Shown one piece after another: positions 22,733 through 34,172 of a stretch of 58,484 nt of DNA. The position numbers and the translations under genes were made by a program. Position 1 is the stretch's first letter. The number at the start of each line of letters is the position of its first letter. The DNA comes from Octopus bimaculoides (taxonomy: Eukaryota), in NCBI RefSeq assembly GCF_001194135.2, contig NC_068988.1, positions 17,268,482 through 17,326,965 of the forward strand. The letters are read 5' to 3'. Under the pieces are notes generated by a model, which saw only the letters and a list, made by a program, of their open reading frames with translations, did not search any database and was not told the origin of the DNA.

Positions 22733-23174
22733 AGGCGTAGGAATGGCTGTGTGATAAGTAGCTTGCTTACCAACCACATGGCTACGGGTTCAGTCCCACT
22801 GCGTGGCACCTTCGGCAAGTGTCTTCTACTATAACCTCGGGCTGACCAAATCCTTGTGAATGGATTTGGTAGACGGTAACTGAAAGAAACCCGTCGTATA
22901 TATGTATATATATATGTATGTGTGTGTATATGCTTGCGTGTCTGTGTTTNNNNNNNNNNNNNNNNNNNNNNNNNNNNNNNNNNNNNNNNNNNNNNNNNNN
23001 NNNNNNNNNNNNNNNNNNNNATTTCCCCGTAACATAGCAGTTCGGCAAAACAGACCGATAGAATAAGTACTAGGCTTACAAAGAATAAGTCCTGGGGTCG
23101 ATTTGCTCGACTAAAGGCTGTGCTCCAGCATGGCCGCAGTCAAATGACTGAAACAAGTAAAAGAGTAAAAGAGT
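22733..23174 (+). mobile_element. SINE family S2, full length, tRNA head + CORE-like segment + internal TA/TG tract (gap inside)
   Basis: GGCGTAGGAATGGCTGTGTG...GGGTTCAGTCCC, then accttcggcaagtgtctt (resembles the CORE-SINE core; the octopus OR2 SINE is a published CORE-SINE, identity not verified). 3' end gaaacaagtaaaagagtaaaagagta. Possible TSD atacgtc. Confidence 0.88.
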
Positions 23175-24183
23175 ATACGTCTTTGAATGCAACAGGTAGA
23201 AATAAATGCATGGTGTGATAGAGGAAAAAACGTCGTACTGTTCAGGTGCAACTTAGACGTTGGAGCGGATTGTTATAATTGTTTTCAATATTTTCTTAAA
23301 TCATAGACGTATTACAAGTTATAACTAATTATTCTTAGTTTCACTAAGTGTTAATATGGAGTGTGTTATGGTTACTTTCCTGATGTTTTTGTAGGATGGG
23401 GTTTTACTTTCTCCACATTTTTATCCCGTTGTAAATAATTGTTGTATGTAAGGATAGGGCCTTACAGAAGCAGCAATAATAATGATGATAATTATAATTG
23501 TTGTTGTTCTTGTTGTTGCATTTGTTATTAGTGTATTGTATATTGTAATCATCCTTCTTATATGCGTTGCTGTTTGTAACTATTTCGTTGACTTTCACAC
23601 TTAAATCAAGTATACATTATTTCCATAATACGAGAAAAAGAAATAGGGGGGGGGGCAAAACAGTTAGCTAAACCTAACTATATAGTTAGGGTTGTCTGAT
23701 AATAGCACTCACACACGCACACACATTATAGCGCACACACACACACACACACACACATCACAGCACTGACTCAAATGCACACACAGACAAATGTGTGAGA
23801 GTAGGTGATTCAGTATTGATTGCATACGTACCAATGATATCGCCTGTATGTGTTTGTTTTTTTTTAATGTGTACCTTCATTTTTTTCATGGATTGCATTC
23901 TAAACATGATAACGGAAAAAAACAAAAACAAAACAAAAAAATAGAACGGAGAAGAAAATGCCTATATTGTTTAATCTTTTTTGGTAATATCTCTACAGGT
24001 CTTACTTCTAAAGAGAAGTGAACAAGGAATGATAAAAAGAAAATGATAACAACCTTTCTTCCTTTTGTCATTTATTCACGAATTTCCACTCTGTTATTCT
24101 AGATTCGTAAGCATATATTTTGTAGACAATCTTGCAATACTTTCTTGAGATACCGAATATATGATTGTTTGGTGCGTGCGTGT

Positions 24184-24221
<38 letters not shown>

Positions 24222-24945
24222 NNNNNNNNNNNNNNNNNNNNNNNNNNNNNNNNNNNNNNNNNNNNNNNNNNNNNNNNNNNNNNNNNNNNNNNNNNNNNNN
24301 NNNNNNNNNNNNNNNNNNNNNNNNNNNNNNNNNNNNNNNNNNNNNNNNNNNNNNNNNNNNNNNNNNNNNNNNNNNNNNNNNNNNNNNNNNNNNNNNNNNN
24401 NNNNNNNNNNNNNNNNNNNNNNNNNNNNNNNNNNNNNNNNNNNNNNNNNNNNNNNNNNNNNNNNNNNNNNNNNNNNNNNNNNNNNNNNNNNNNNNNNNNN
24501 NNNNNNNNNNNNNNNNNNNNNNNNNNNNNNNNNNNNNNNNNNNNNNNNNNNNNNNNNNNNNNNNNNNNNNNNNNNNNNNNNNNNNNNNNNNNNNNNNNNN
24601 NNNNNNNNNNNNNTATATATATGTATATATACGTGAGTATGTGGAAGGTCTAGAGAGTTAATGACCCTCTATGAGTATATGTTAGATATTTTGCGCAACA
24701 CAGTAATCTGAATATCTTTGTAGTCTTGATGCACATAGATGTGCAAAAACAAGCGCTGACTCACATACATACAGGTATATGCAGTTCATGTACGTATACA
24801 TACACACTTTCGGTGCACTTCATATGGGCATGTGGCATGCATTCTGTTAACGTAAAGCAGTTTTGAAAGTACGCACATCAATGCCTAAGTTAAATATTCG
24901 AAACGAATACATAATAAGACAATTTTTGTTCCATTTTATCTGCAG

Positions 24946-25040
24946 TAATTGGAGGATCACTGCAACAATATTGTCACTTAGCTAAACGTTTCCTCCATAT
25001 CTGCATAGAATACTAAGGGCGCAACGAGGCATTTCATAGA
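24946..25040 (+). other. Candidate 95-nt exon closed in all three frames (non-coding or pseudo-exon)
   Basis: Acceptor tttttgttccattttatctgcAG; donor AGA|GTAAGC. Confidence 0.35.
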
Positions 25041-25698
25041 GTAAGCCTGGCTCTGATTTCCTTTCTACTGCAACAAATGTTATTGTTGTTGTTAATATTA
25101 TTGATAAATTTGTTTGCGTTGTATCGATAGTCGTTGTAATATCTTTTGCTTGATTTTCTTTCTTGCTTTGTTTCTTCTTTTTTCTTCTTTTGTTTCATCT
25201 CTGGCTGGTGGAGCAGTATTGTTATTTTGGTGCTGTTGTATAGTTGGCATTATCATAGTTCGATTTTAGTATGATTATTATTTGTTTTGTAGTTTATATT
25301 CGTGATTTGGGATAATAGTAGTCTACTTATGTAATCGTAGAATTTATTATTCATCTGTTGGTGTGGTTCAGGATTTCAGTTTCGTATATGAATAACAAAC
25401 AAGTATAGGCTACTGTTCCTTGTTATGTGATGTTGCTCTTGCTGTTGTTGATTACCTCCAAATCGTATCACTTTGGGTAGCCCCGTTAGCAAAGCAGACC
25501 CAACCGTAACGATTTCGTTTAAGACTATATTGTTAAATGTGTGCCTCTTTTAATTTTCTTATAGAATTTGTCTACTGTTTTTAATCAAATTAGAAACCGA
25601 TTAGACCCTCGTTCATTTACTCAGCGTTTGTGTTATTCGTAGCTCTACATCGTAATTGTTAATATTTGAGATGTGACATATTTCTATTGTGTTGACAG

Positions 25699-25793
25699 CG
25701 GAAACAACACGAACATATGTTTGCAGATCTACAGGAAATGCGGATGATGAATTGAGCAGCATTAATGGTGAATGTGAAGATACAGAAACTTAA
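25699..25793 (+). CDS. Candidate terminal coding exon (ETTRTYVCRSTGNADDELSSINGECEDTET* or RKQHEHMFADLQEMRMMN*)
   Basis: Acceptor atttctattgtgttgacAG; two frames give plausible C-termini; AT-rich sequence follows. Confidence 0.27.
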
Positions 25794-26204
25794 ATGAAAA
25801 ATTGAAATTGTAAAGATACTTAGTCTAAATTTAGTTTGTATCAACATTGAAATATAATAATTCCCTCAGCCACTAGCAGATATTTATAGTCCCCTTAAAA
25901 CTGTCATTAGACATACAGAGTTTTCTATTTTACTTCATTTAAGTATAAACATTAAACATGGATGTTACAGCAAACAAGCAGCTCATGGAGTGGTCAAAGA
26001 AAAAAAAAACTGAATTCTTTTAACTCGTATATATTTTCTTTCTTTTATGCTTGAACGGTGTTATATGCCAGTGAATAATAACTTTACTGTCAAAAATTTG
26101 AGTGACATAGCAGTGTATGGATACCACACTGTAAATATCACTGCATTTCATTGTACTGTATACATAAGAAGCTTTTTTTTTTTTTATTATTATCTAATTT
26201 AACA

Positions 26205-26405
26205 AAGGCGGGGAGCTGGCCGAATCGTTAGCCCGCTGGACGAAATGTTTAGCGGTATTCCGCCCGTCGCTACTTTCTGAGTTCAAATTTGCCTTTCATC
26301 CTTTCGGGTTCGATAAATTAAGTACCCGCACACTGGGGTCGATGTAATCGACTAGTCCCCTTCCCCAAAATTTCAGGCGTTGTGTCTTTAATAGAAAGGT
26401 TTATT
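26205..26405 (+). mobile_element. SINE S3
   Basis: aaggcggggagctggccgaatcgttagc...gagttcaaatt...caggcgttgtgtctttaatagaaaggtt. Confidence 0.88.
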
Positions 26406-27976
26406 TCATTTAGCAGACAATCAAATAACATTGACCATAATTATCATTCCTACGAATACTATCGTCATTAGTTCACATAATAAATCTAGTAGGATAAGGA
26501 GGTGGTAAGCAAGTAGAAAATGGAAAGTGAATCAAGGAATTGTCCCTCAAGATTGTATGTTAAATACTTCCGTTTTGGGAGACTTTCATTAATTTCCCAA
26601 ACGAGTAATAACACACCACAATTGCTAGACTTCGATATCACATCTACTTCATATTGGATACATACATTCATATATCGTACAAATACACACCACACACGCG
26701 CGCGCGCGCATATAGATAGATTCATATATGCATAATTAGTGATATAATGATATAGATGTATCGGGATATACGTCTCAAGCACAAGCACACACATACACAT
26801 ACGCACACGCGCGTACACACGTACAAATGCACACACACATCCACACACACACATTCACACACACGCACAAACGCATACACACAGGTATATACGTATGGGC
26901 AATCAAAAGATATTTGTTACTGCCGTTCATAATACTAACAAAGCCGCGTATAACCGTCAAAATAACAAAATAAATATTAAAATTGACAGGGAGTGGAAGC
27001 ATTGTTATGAGAGAACAGTAGAGTGAGAAAAACAATAAAAGATATTTAGATTTACAGTGAATAGAAAAATATACATCGGGGTGTGTGTGAGTGTGTTAGC
27101 TTGTGTGAGAAATGTTGAATTTACGTAACAAAGATATATACATTCAAGCATGGAGATATATGTGTGTGCCCGTGCAAGCGTGTGTATAGTTATCCGTTAA
27201 CGATAACATTGATATTTGATCTTATACTGTTCGTGTTTGTAGTGTTACGTGTATGTTCAGGTTTGTATGTGCATGCGCGCGTGCATATGTGTGTTTGAAC
27301 TTGTATGTTCGTATATGGAAGCTTATGAACATATTTCTAAGTATGAGTCCAGGCAAAACAAGCCTCCATGCCTATTTCCTTGTAGTATCTCTTTTAGAGT
27401 CTGTCAGAAATTGCTCGTTAACACAATCAATTGATCATATCGAGCAGTACATTGACTCCATAAATAGACACCTTTGGTGCAAAAACGGCTTTGTAAGGCG
27501 CCTTGCAATTTAACAATTATTTTAAAAGATGTTTCATTCCGCTGTAGATGCAGCCTCTGGCAAATGGACCAGAACTGGCTTCTGTTCTAGATGATCAATA
27601 ACTTTAATCTTCTTTGTAGGCGCCATCAAAGTCCGTAATACTTGTGTTTTTTTTAACGGTGGATGATCTAGAAGAGTTTTGTTGAATGTAATATTTGTAT
27701 AAATCAGACTTAGAGCAGTGGCTGTACTAAATTAATGGTGCTTGTTTTAAATTATCCTTTTGGAAATATACCCCGTATAGTGTCCTTTTTTCTTACGATA
27801 TTGTGAAATGTAAATAGGCTCGCAATTTTAATATCTTTCTCTCTCTCTCTCTCTCTCTCTCTATCTAAATANNNNNNNNNNNNNNNNNNNNNNNNNNNNN
27901 NNNNNNNNNNNNNNNNNNNNNNNNNNNNNNNNNNNNNNNNNNNNNNNNNNNNNNNNNNNNNNNNNNNNNNNNNNNN

Positions 27977-28019
<43 letters not shown>

Positions 28020-28249
28020 GTATATATGAAGATAGATAGATAGATAGATGTGTATGATTAGATGCGTATATATGTATATATGTATCTATGTAGGTAGGTA
28101 AGTATCTAATATAACAAGAATGCATAATTCTAAAATGGTTTCTTCTAATAATCAGAATTTCATAATGACATTGAGACATTGAGCAGAGTCTAAATTCCAT
28201 ATATGTTTGAAAGTTTCACTATATTTAGTAGCTATAATATAAACAGTTC

Positions 28250-28425
28250 TAAGGCGGTGAGTTGACAGAATCGTTAGCACGCCGTACGAAATGCTTAGTC
28301 GACTTTGCCTTACATCCTGTCGGGGTCGATAAATTAAGTACCAATGAAACACTGCGGTCGATGTAATCGATTGGTCACCTTCAGCAAAATTTCAAGGACC
28401 TGTGCCTTCAGTAGAAAGGATCATA
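28250..28425 (+). mobile_element. SINE S3 with internal deletion of the B-box region
   Basis: aaggcggtgagttgacagaatcgttagcacgccgtacgaaatgcttag joined directly to tcgactttgcc. Confidence 0.85.
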
Positions 28426-29051
28426 TAAATAATTCTACACAAGCTTGTTAAAAGTATATGGCTTGCTCTGATACGAAACTCGTACTCTGATACTATTAAT
28501 GTATATATACATATGCTTTGAGATATCAGTCGTATATTAAATATCCTATTGTTGTTAACAAACAGTGATAATTCCTGTTTAACCGTAATAATTTTGAAGC
28601 CTGTTATTTAAAAGATCAATAGATGTATCTAGTTCAATAGTAACATGGTTAATAATCTCAAAACATAAGAATTACTTAATAGACTTAATAAGCCAACGCC
28701 TACCACCTAAATAAGATGATGATATACTATCGCGCCCGCAAATATTTTATATGATATTAATAATCACCACGGGACATATCGTATTGCAAAGAACATCAGG
28801 AGCGGTAGCTTTAAAACTAATTGCACCATTTTCAGATGTTGAATACATTATAAGGATACATCAAGCTAAAAGAAAGATTGTTCAGCTAACCTTTATTTAT
28901 TTTGTGGCGTGGATCTCCATTGGGAGTTGGGCCACAAAAGTCTCCAACCAAGATGAATAGGACGTCTGGCTGGTTGCACACATTTGATGGCTAATGGTAT
29001 TGTTTTAACTCCTTGGAGAAATACACCTCACTATATACATGATGTACACAA

Positions 29052-29093
<42 letters not shown>

Positions 29094-29237
29094 ATATATG
29101 TTTATATACACAAACACATTCTCATGTGTACACAATATCTATGTGTATAGAAATTTGTATATGCACATGGAGGTATATGACCTTTCATTTTATGTACCAT
29201 GCTATCTATATCTATCTCTATCTATCTATCGATCTAG

Positions 29238-29240
29238 ATG

Positions 29241-29320
<80 letters not shown>
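29238..29320. repeat. (AGAT)n microsatellite
   Basis: Direct reading of the sequence. Confidence 0.95.
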
Positions 29321-29480
29321 TACGCATACATACGTATATATGTGCATATATATATATAAATACAAGCGTATGCATATAAATATACGTGTGTGCTTGTACA
29401 ATTATATGTATACATACATGTGTATATATTCTGCATGTATGTATACTCAAACGCACCTCCACACACACACATACATTCAT

Positions 29481-30365
29481 ACATATCGTATCAAAAGTTT
29501 CTCGAACAAATTATATTTTAATAAAAAAATTAATTAGTTTTAACATCATCTCCTTCGAAAAAGTCACCTTGCGCAGCACTACATTGACGCCAGCGTTGCT
29601 GCCACTTTCGTAATCATGCCTGGAAGTTGTCTTCTGTTAACGGGTCGAGTACCTTCTGCGATTCGCTCTGGGTCTCGAAAACGGTATTAAAACGGCGATC
29701 TTTGAGTTGCAGGTCTGTCTTGAAGAAGAGACGGAAGTCCGTGATTGCTCAATCTAGAGAATAGGGTAAGTTCTGAAACAACACTCTGTTTTTAGCCAGA
29801 ATCTCACGAGCGAGAACTCGGTGACAGGGTGCATTTCCGCCGTGAAGAATCCAGTTCTTCGCGCTCCACGGATCCAGTCACTTTCGCCAAATGTCCTCCC
29901 TTAGAAGCTTGAAAACGGTCGCAGTAGAACATTCGATTGACGGTCTGGCACTGGTGGTGGGTACCAGATTTGGTGCACAATGCCACATCTCCAGTTGTGC
30001 TGCACGTTGCATGTCTTCCAGCTCGCCGATCCTCTTCCAGGAACTTTCTTCCACTTTTGAAGCGCCTGTGCCGCTCCAAACATTACAGACGGTCCATTGC
30101 CTCGTGGCCGTAAGCACCACGAGGCACTCTCAATGTCTTTGTAGCAGAATTCCCGAGTTTAACGCAAAATCTCACGTTGGATCTTTGTTCTTGTCCATGT
30201 TAGAATCGCAGACTACAGCACACACGTGACCACAGAAACACAAATTTCAACAACTCGCGAACTAAACACAGCGATGTCAATCGGCACACTGTCTCATGAA
30301 GATTACTGCTGACTCTCACTGACCACGCAACCGTGTGCTACCATCAGCTGGCGTACTACAGATGC
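29481..30365 (-). mobile_element. mariner-like DNA transposon, decayed and internally deleted
   Basis: Transposase remnants (next feature). A TIR-like end is visible only on the left (cgtatcaaaagtttctcgaac). Confidence 0.8.
29530..30198 (-). pseudogene. mariner transposase pseudogene
   Basis: MDKNK..., RHRRFKSGRKFLEEDRRAGR (HTH region), QTVNRMFYCD, and C-terminal ...AAQGDFFEGDDVKTN*. The first catalytic region is deleted; many frameshifts. Confidence 0.8.
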
Positions 30366-30949
30366 ATAAATATATATGCGGGCATATGTATGTATGCATA
30401 GCTTTGTTTGCGCATGTGTGTCCGTGTAGGCTGTACACACATACATACAGAGATAGAGGAAGATCCCATAGCCGATATCTCATTTCACAATTTGCAATTG
30501 ATAAAACTAGATGCAGTATTCAACCGATAATTGCTCACCCTCTCAAATATTGGACATGTTTGCAGTAAAAGATGAAAATGAATATGATTAAATAATTTCT
30601 CTTAGGGTTTGTGTGTCTGCTGGTCAATATGATTGGGTTTCTGTTCTCATAAATATATTAACTTATGAGCTACAAACGACCAAGAATATACGGTAATGGA
30701 TAACTAGTGAATTAGGTCTTTATGACTCATACCAATAGTGAGGATGGACTTAGAGATGTAGCAAGAAATGATAGTATATGATATTTACGAATTGTTTCTT
30801 CCTTGTATTGCATTCATCAGTTTCATTCGGATTGTAGCAATACGTATTGTGAATTATATTCCATGGAAATATTGATCAGTTCTTGTCACTTCCTTTCTCG
30901 TGTTACTCTTCCGTTACTTTTCTTCAACGCTTCATTTCTTTGTCCTCGT

Positions 30950-30972
30950 CATCATTATCATCATCATCATTA

Positions 30973-31025
<53 letters not shown>

Positions 31026-31081
31026 GTACTACTACCACCACCACCACCACAACCACTACTACTGCTGCTGCTGCTGCTGCT
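30950..31081. repeat. Compound trinucleotide tract (CAT)-(TAC)-(CAC)-(TGC)
   Basis: Direct reading of the sequence. Confidence 0.9.
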
Positions 31082-31259
31082 TCATACATGTATATTTATA
31101 ATTGTAGGGATACGTGTTTATTTATACGGATATATGTCTTTGTATAAATATGTGTGCAGTTACGTTATACATATATACATAAATGCCTCTCTCTCTTCTC
31201 TCTGTCTCTCTCTCTTTCTCTCTGTCTCTCTCTTCTCTCTGTCTCTCTTTCTCTCTGTC

Positions 31260-31317
<58 letters not shown>

Positions 31318-32283
31318 NNNNNNNNNNNNNNNNNNNNNNNNNNNNNNNNNNNNNNNNNNNNNNNNNNNNNNNNNNNNNNNNNNNNNNNNNNNNNNNNNNN
31401 NNNNNNNNNNNNNNNNNNNNNNNNNNNNNNNNNNNNNNNNNNNNNNNNNNNNNNNNNNNNNNNNNNNNNNNNNNNNNNNNNNNNNNNNNNNNNNNNNNNN
31501 NNNNNNNNNNNNNNNNNNNNNNNNNNNNNNNNNNNNNNNNNNNNNNNNNNNNNNNNNNNNNNNNNNNNNNNNNNNNNNNNNNNNNNNNNNNNNNNNNNNN
31601 NNNNNNNNNNNNNNNNNNNNNNNNNNNNNNNNNNNNNNNNNNNNNNNNNNNNNNNNNNNNNNNNNNNNNNNNNNNNNNNNNNNNNNNNNNNNNNNNNNNN
31701 NNNNNNNNNNNNNNNNNNNNNNNNNNNNNNNNNNNNNNNNNNNNNNNNNNNNNNNNNNNNNNNNNNNNNNNNNNNNNNNNNNNNNNNNNNNNNNNNNNNN
31801 NNNNNNNNNNNNNNNNNNNNNNNNNNNNNNNNNNNNNNNNNNNNNNNNNNNNNNNNNNNNNNNNNNNNNNNNNNNNNNNNNNNNNNNNNNNNNNNNNNNN
31901 NNNNNNNNNNNNNNNNNNNNNNNNNNNNNNNNNNNNNNNNNNNNNNNNNNNNNNNNNNNNNNNNNNNNNNNNNNNNNNNNNNNNNNNNNNNNNNNNNNNN
32001 NNNNNNNNNNNNNNNNNNNNNNNNNNNNNNNNNNNNNNNNNNNNNNNNNNNNNNNNNNNNNNNNNNNNNNNNNNNNNNNNNNNNNNNNNNNNNNNNNNNN
32101 NNNNNNNNNNNNNNNNNNNNNNNNNNNNNNNNNNNNNNNNNNNNNNNNNNNNNNNNNNNNNNNNNNNNNNNNNNNNNNNNNNNNNNNNNNNNNNNNNNNN
32201 NNNNNNNNNNNNNNNNNNNNNNNNNNNNNNNNNNNNNNNNNNNNNNNNNNNNNNNNNNNNNNNNNNNNNNNNNNNNNNNNNNN
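31318..32283. other. Assembly gap (largest). Others at 2930-2959, 5971-6094, 20171-20683, 22950-23020, 24222-24613, 27872-27977, 34181-34510, 36093-36102, 36370-36714, 44908-44917, 48086-48326, 49132-49231, 52276-52672, 54848-55627, 56699-57047
   Basis: Runs of N. Confidence 0.98.
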
Positions 32284-32541
32284 ATATATATATATATATA
32301 GCCCCAACCCTGCCCCACACCACTAACGTCCCATATTTGCACACCGCTACACACCAAAGAAACCAATTTCACCACTCGTCACACACAAAAACGTCCAACG
32401 GTGGCCACCCCCACCTATGGATTCTCTCCTGTACATGCACACTCCTTTCTACCTCCTCCTCGCTAATTATCTCCCTCCCAACTGGTCCTTAAATTTTTGT
32501 CTACCATTCTTACCCCATTTCACCTACCATTTCTTTCTATT

Positions 32542-32569
32542 CTGATGACGGACTAGCGTCCGAAACGTT
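32542..32569 (+). ncRNA. Minimal hammerhead-ribozyme-like motif (Penelope-type) with intact catalytic core; stem I not evident
   Basis: CTGATGA-C-GGAC tagc GTCC-GAAAC-GTT, preceded by a C/pyrimidine-rich segment (32300-32540). Confidence 0.55.
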
Positions 32570-33290
32570 CGGTTGTCTTTGACTTCCAGGAAGCGTTATA
32601 TCACTAAGAATTTTGCTTAAATATATACTTCTTGTTTAGTTTCTTTCTTAGCTTCTGCTCATTACATCTTAAATGTTTGGGTGCACACGCATATATGTGT
32701 ATATAAGTATAAAAGCATAATTCTGCATGTGTACATGTGTATGTGTCCCCGTAACTCAGCGGCTCGGGAAGAAAAGCGCATAGAATAAATTACAGGCATA
32801 AATTGAGTACTAAGAGTAACAGATGCGACAATCACTAGGAAACAGTTCACCGAAATCAAGTGACTAAAACTAATAACAGAATATGCCTAATACTGATAAT
32901 GGGAAAGAAGGTGATGAGAAGGATACGAAGTGGAGAAACAAGAGGAAGTGAGATTGAATAACTAGAGAAACATACGAACGAAAGAAACGGCATCAGAGCA
33001 AAAGGGAGAAGTGTGGGTATAAGTAAAACGACATTGAAGATTTATGAATGTTAAATGTTTCTGTATGAAAGCGGAAACATTGTAACTATGGTTGTATGAA
33101 TACTGTGTATGTAAGAATGATGTATAGTTGAACATTTTATATTGTAGAATAAAAAAAATGATGTCAGCGATATTAAACACAGTCACGCATGCGCACATAT
33201 ACTTAGACACATACACTCGCACGTGAAAACACCCACACACGGTGAATACATACGTATCTATGCGCACATTCATGTACATATATGTATATG

Positions 33291-33350
<60 letters not shown>

Positions 33351-33909
33351 CATATATATAGTTTTATACATATCAATATTTATTAATGTATTTGCCTGTA
33401 TGTATATGCTAATGTATATAAATATATATTTATGTATGTACGTATGCGTCAGTGTTCTTACGTATTGTGAGTCTATAGATCTTCGTAAATGTATACGTTT
33501 ATACAAACTCTTTCATGTATAAGTGTGTGAGCGCGTATCCATGTGATGTGTTAATAGTTACTTATGTAGGTAGATTCGTAAGTTATGTACGTGTGTATAG
33601 GTGCATAACTTTTATCACCGAATAAATGTACGCACAGACATATATATGAAGGCAGAAAAGGAAGAAATCATTTCATGATATGTCGAATTGACACGCTATA
33701 TTTAAAGTAAATTTTATTGAAATATTTTAATATCTATCTGTGTATATTTACACATTATATTAATATTTTTATCACGTTTGTTTTTCATGTGTGTCGAAGG
33801 AATTTTTAATTTGGTTCCCATCTTTTTACCAGCATATGTATTTTTCACATTATCCGTTGTATTCTATTCCTTCCTTTGAGCATATGAGCATGTATGTGTG
33901 TATTCTTTT

Positions 33910-34172
33910 ATTTTTACTCCTTCATTTGTCGCAGTCTTTTCACTGTGGCCATCATGCAGCACCGCCTTGAAGTGTTTTGGTCGAACAAATCAATCTCAGG
34001 ACGTTTTTTTTTATTCTTTTAAGCCCAGTACTCATTCTATCAGTTTCTTTTCCTGAGCCACTAGTTTACGGGGACATAAACACACCAAGACCAGTTGTCA
34101 AGCGGTGATGGTCGAGACAAACACACTAACACACACATATAAACAACAGGCTTCTTTCTGTTTCTGTTCTTC
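33910..34172 (-). mobile_element. SINE S2, degenerate, running into a gap
   Basis: ggccatcatgcagcaccgccttgaag...agtttacggggacataaacacacc...caggcttctttctgtttc. Confidence 0.75.

Noticed and set aside
25080-25460. Possible Penelope RT relic on the minus strand
   Set aside because: Low-complexity GT-rich sequence with no intact RT motif.
27330-27680. Possible RTE relic on the minus strand (YKAV...IYGV)
   Set aside because: Too degenerate to support.
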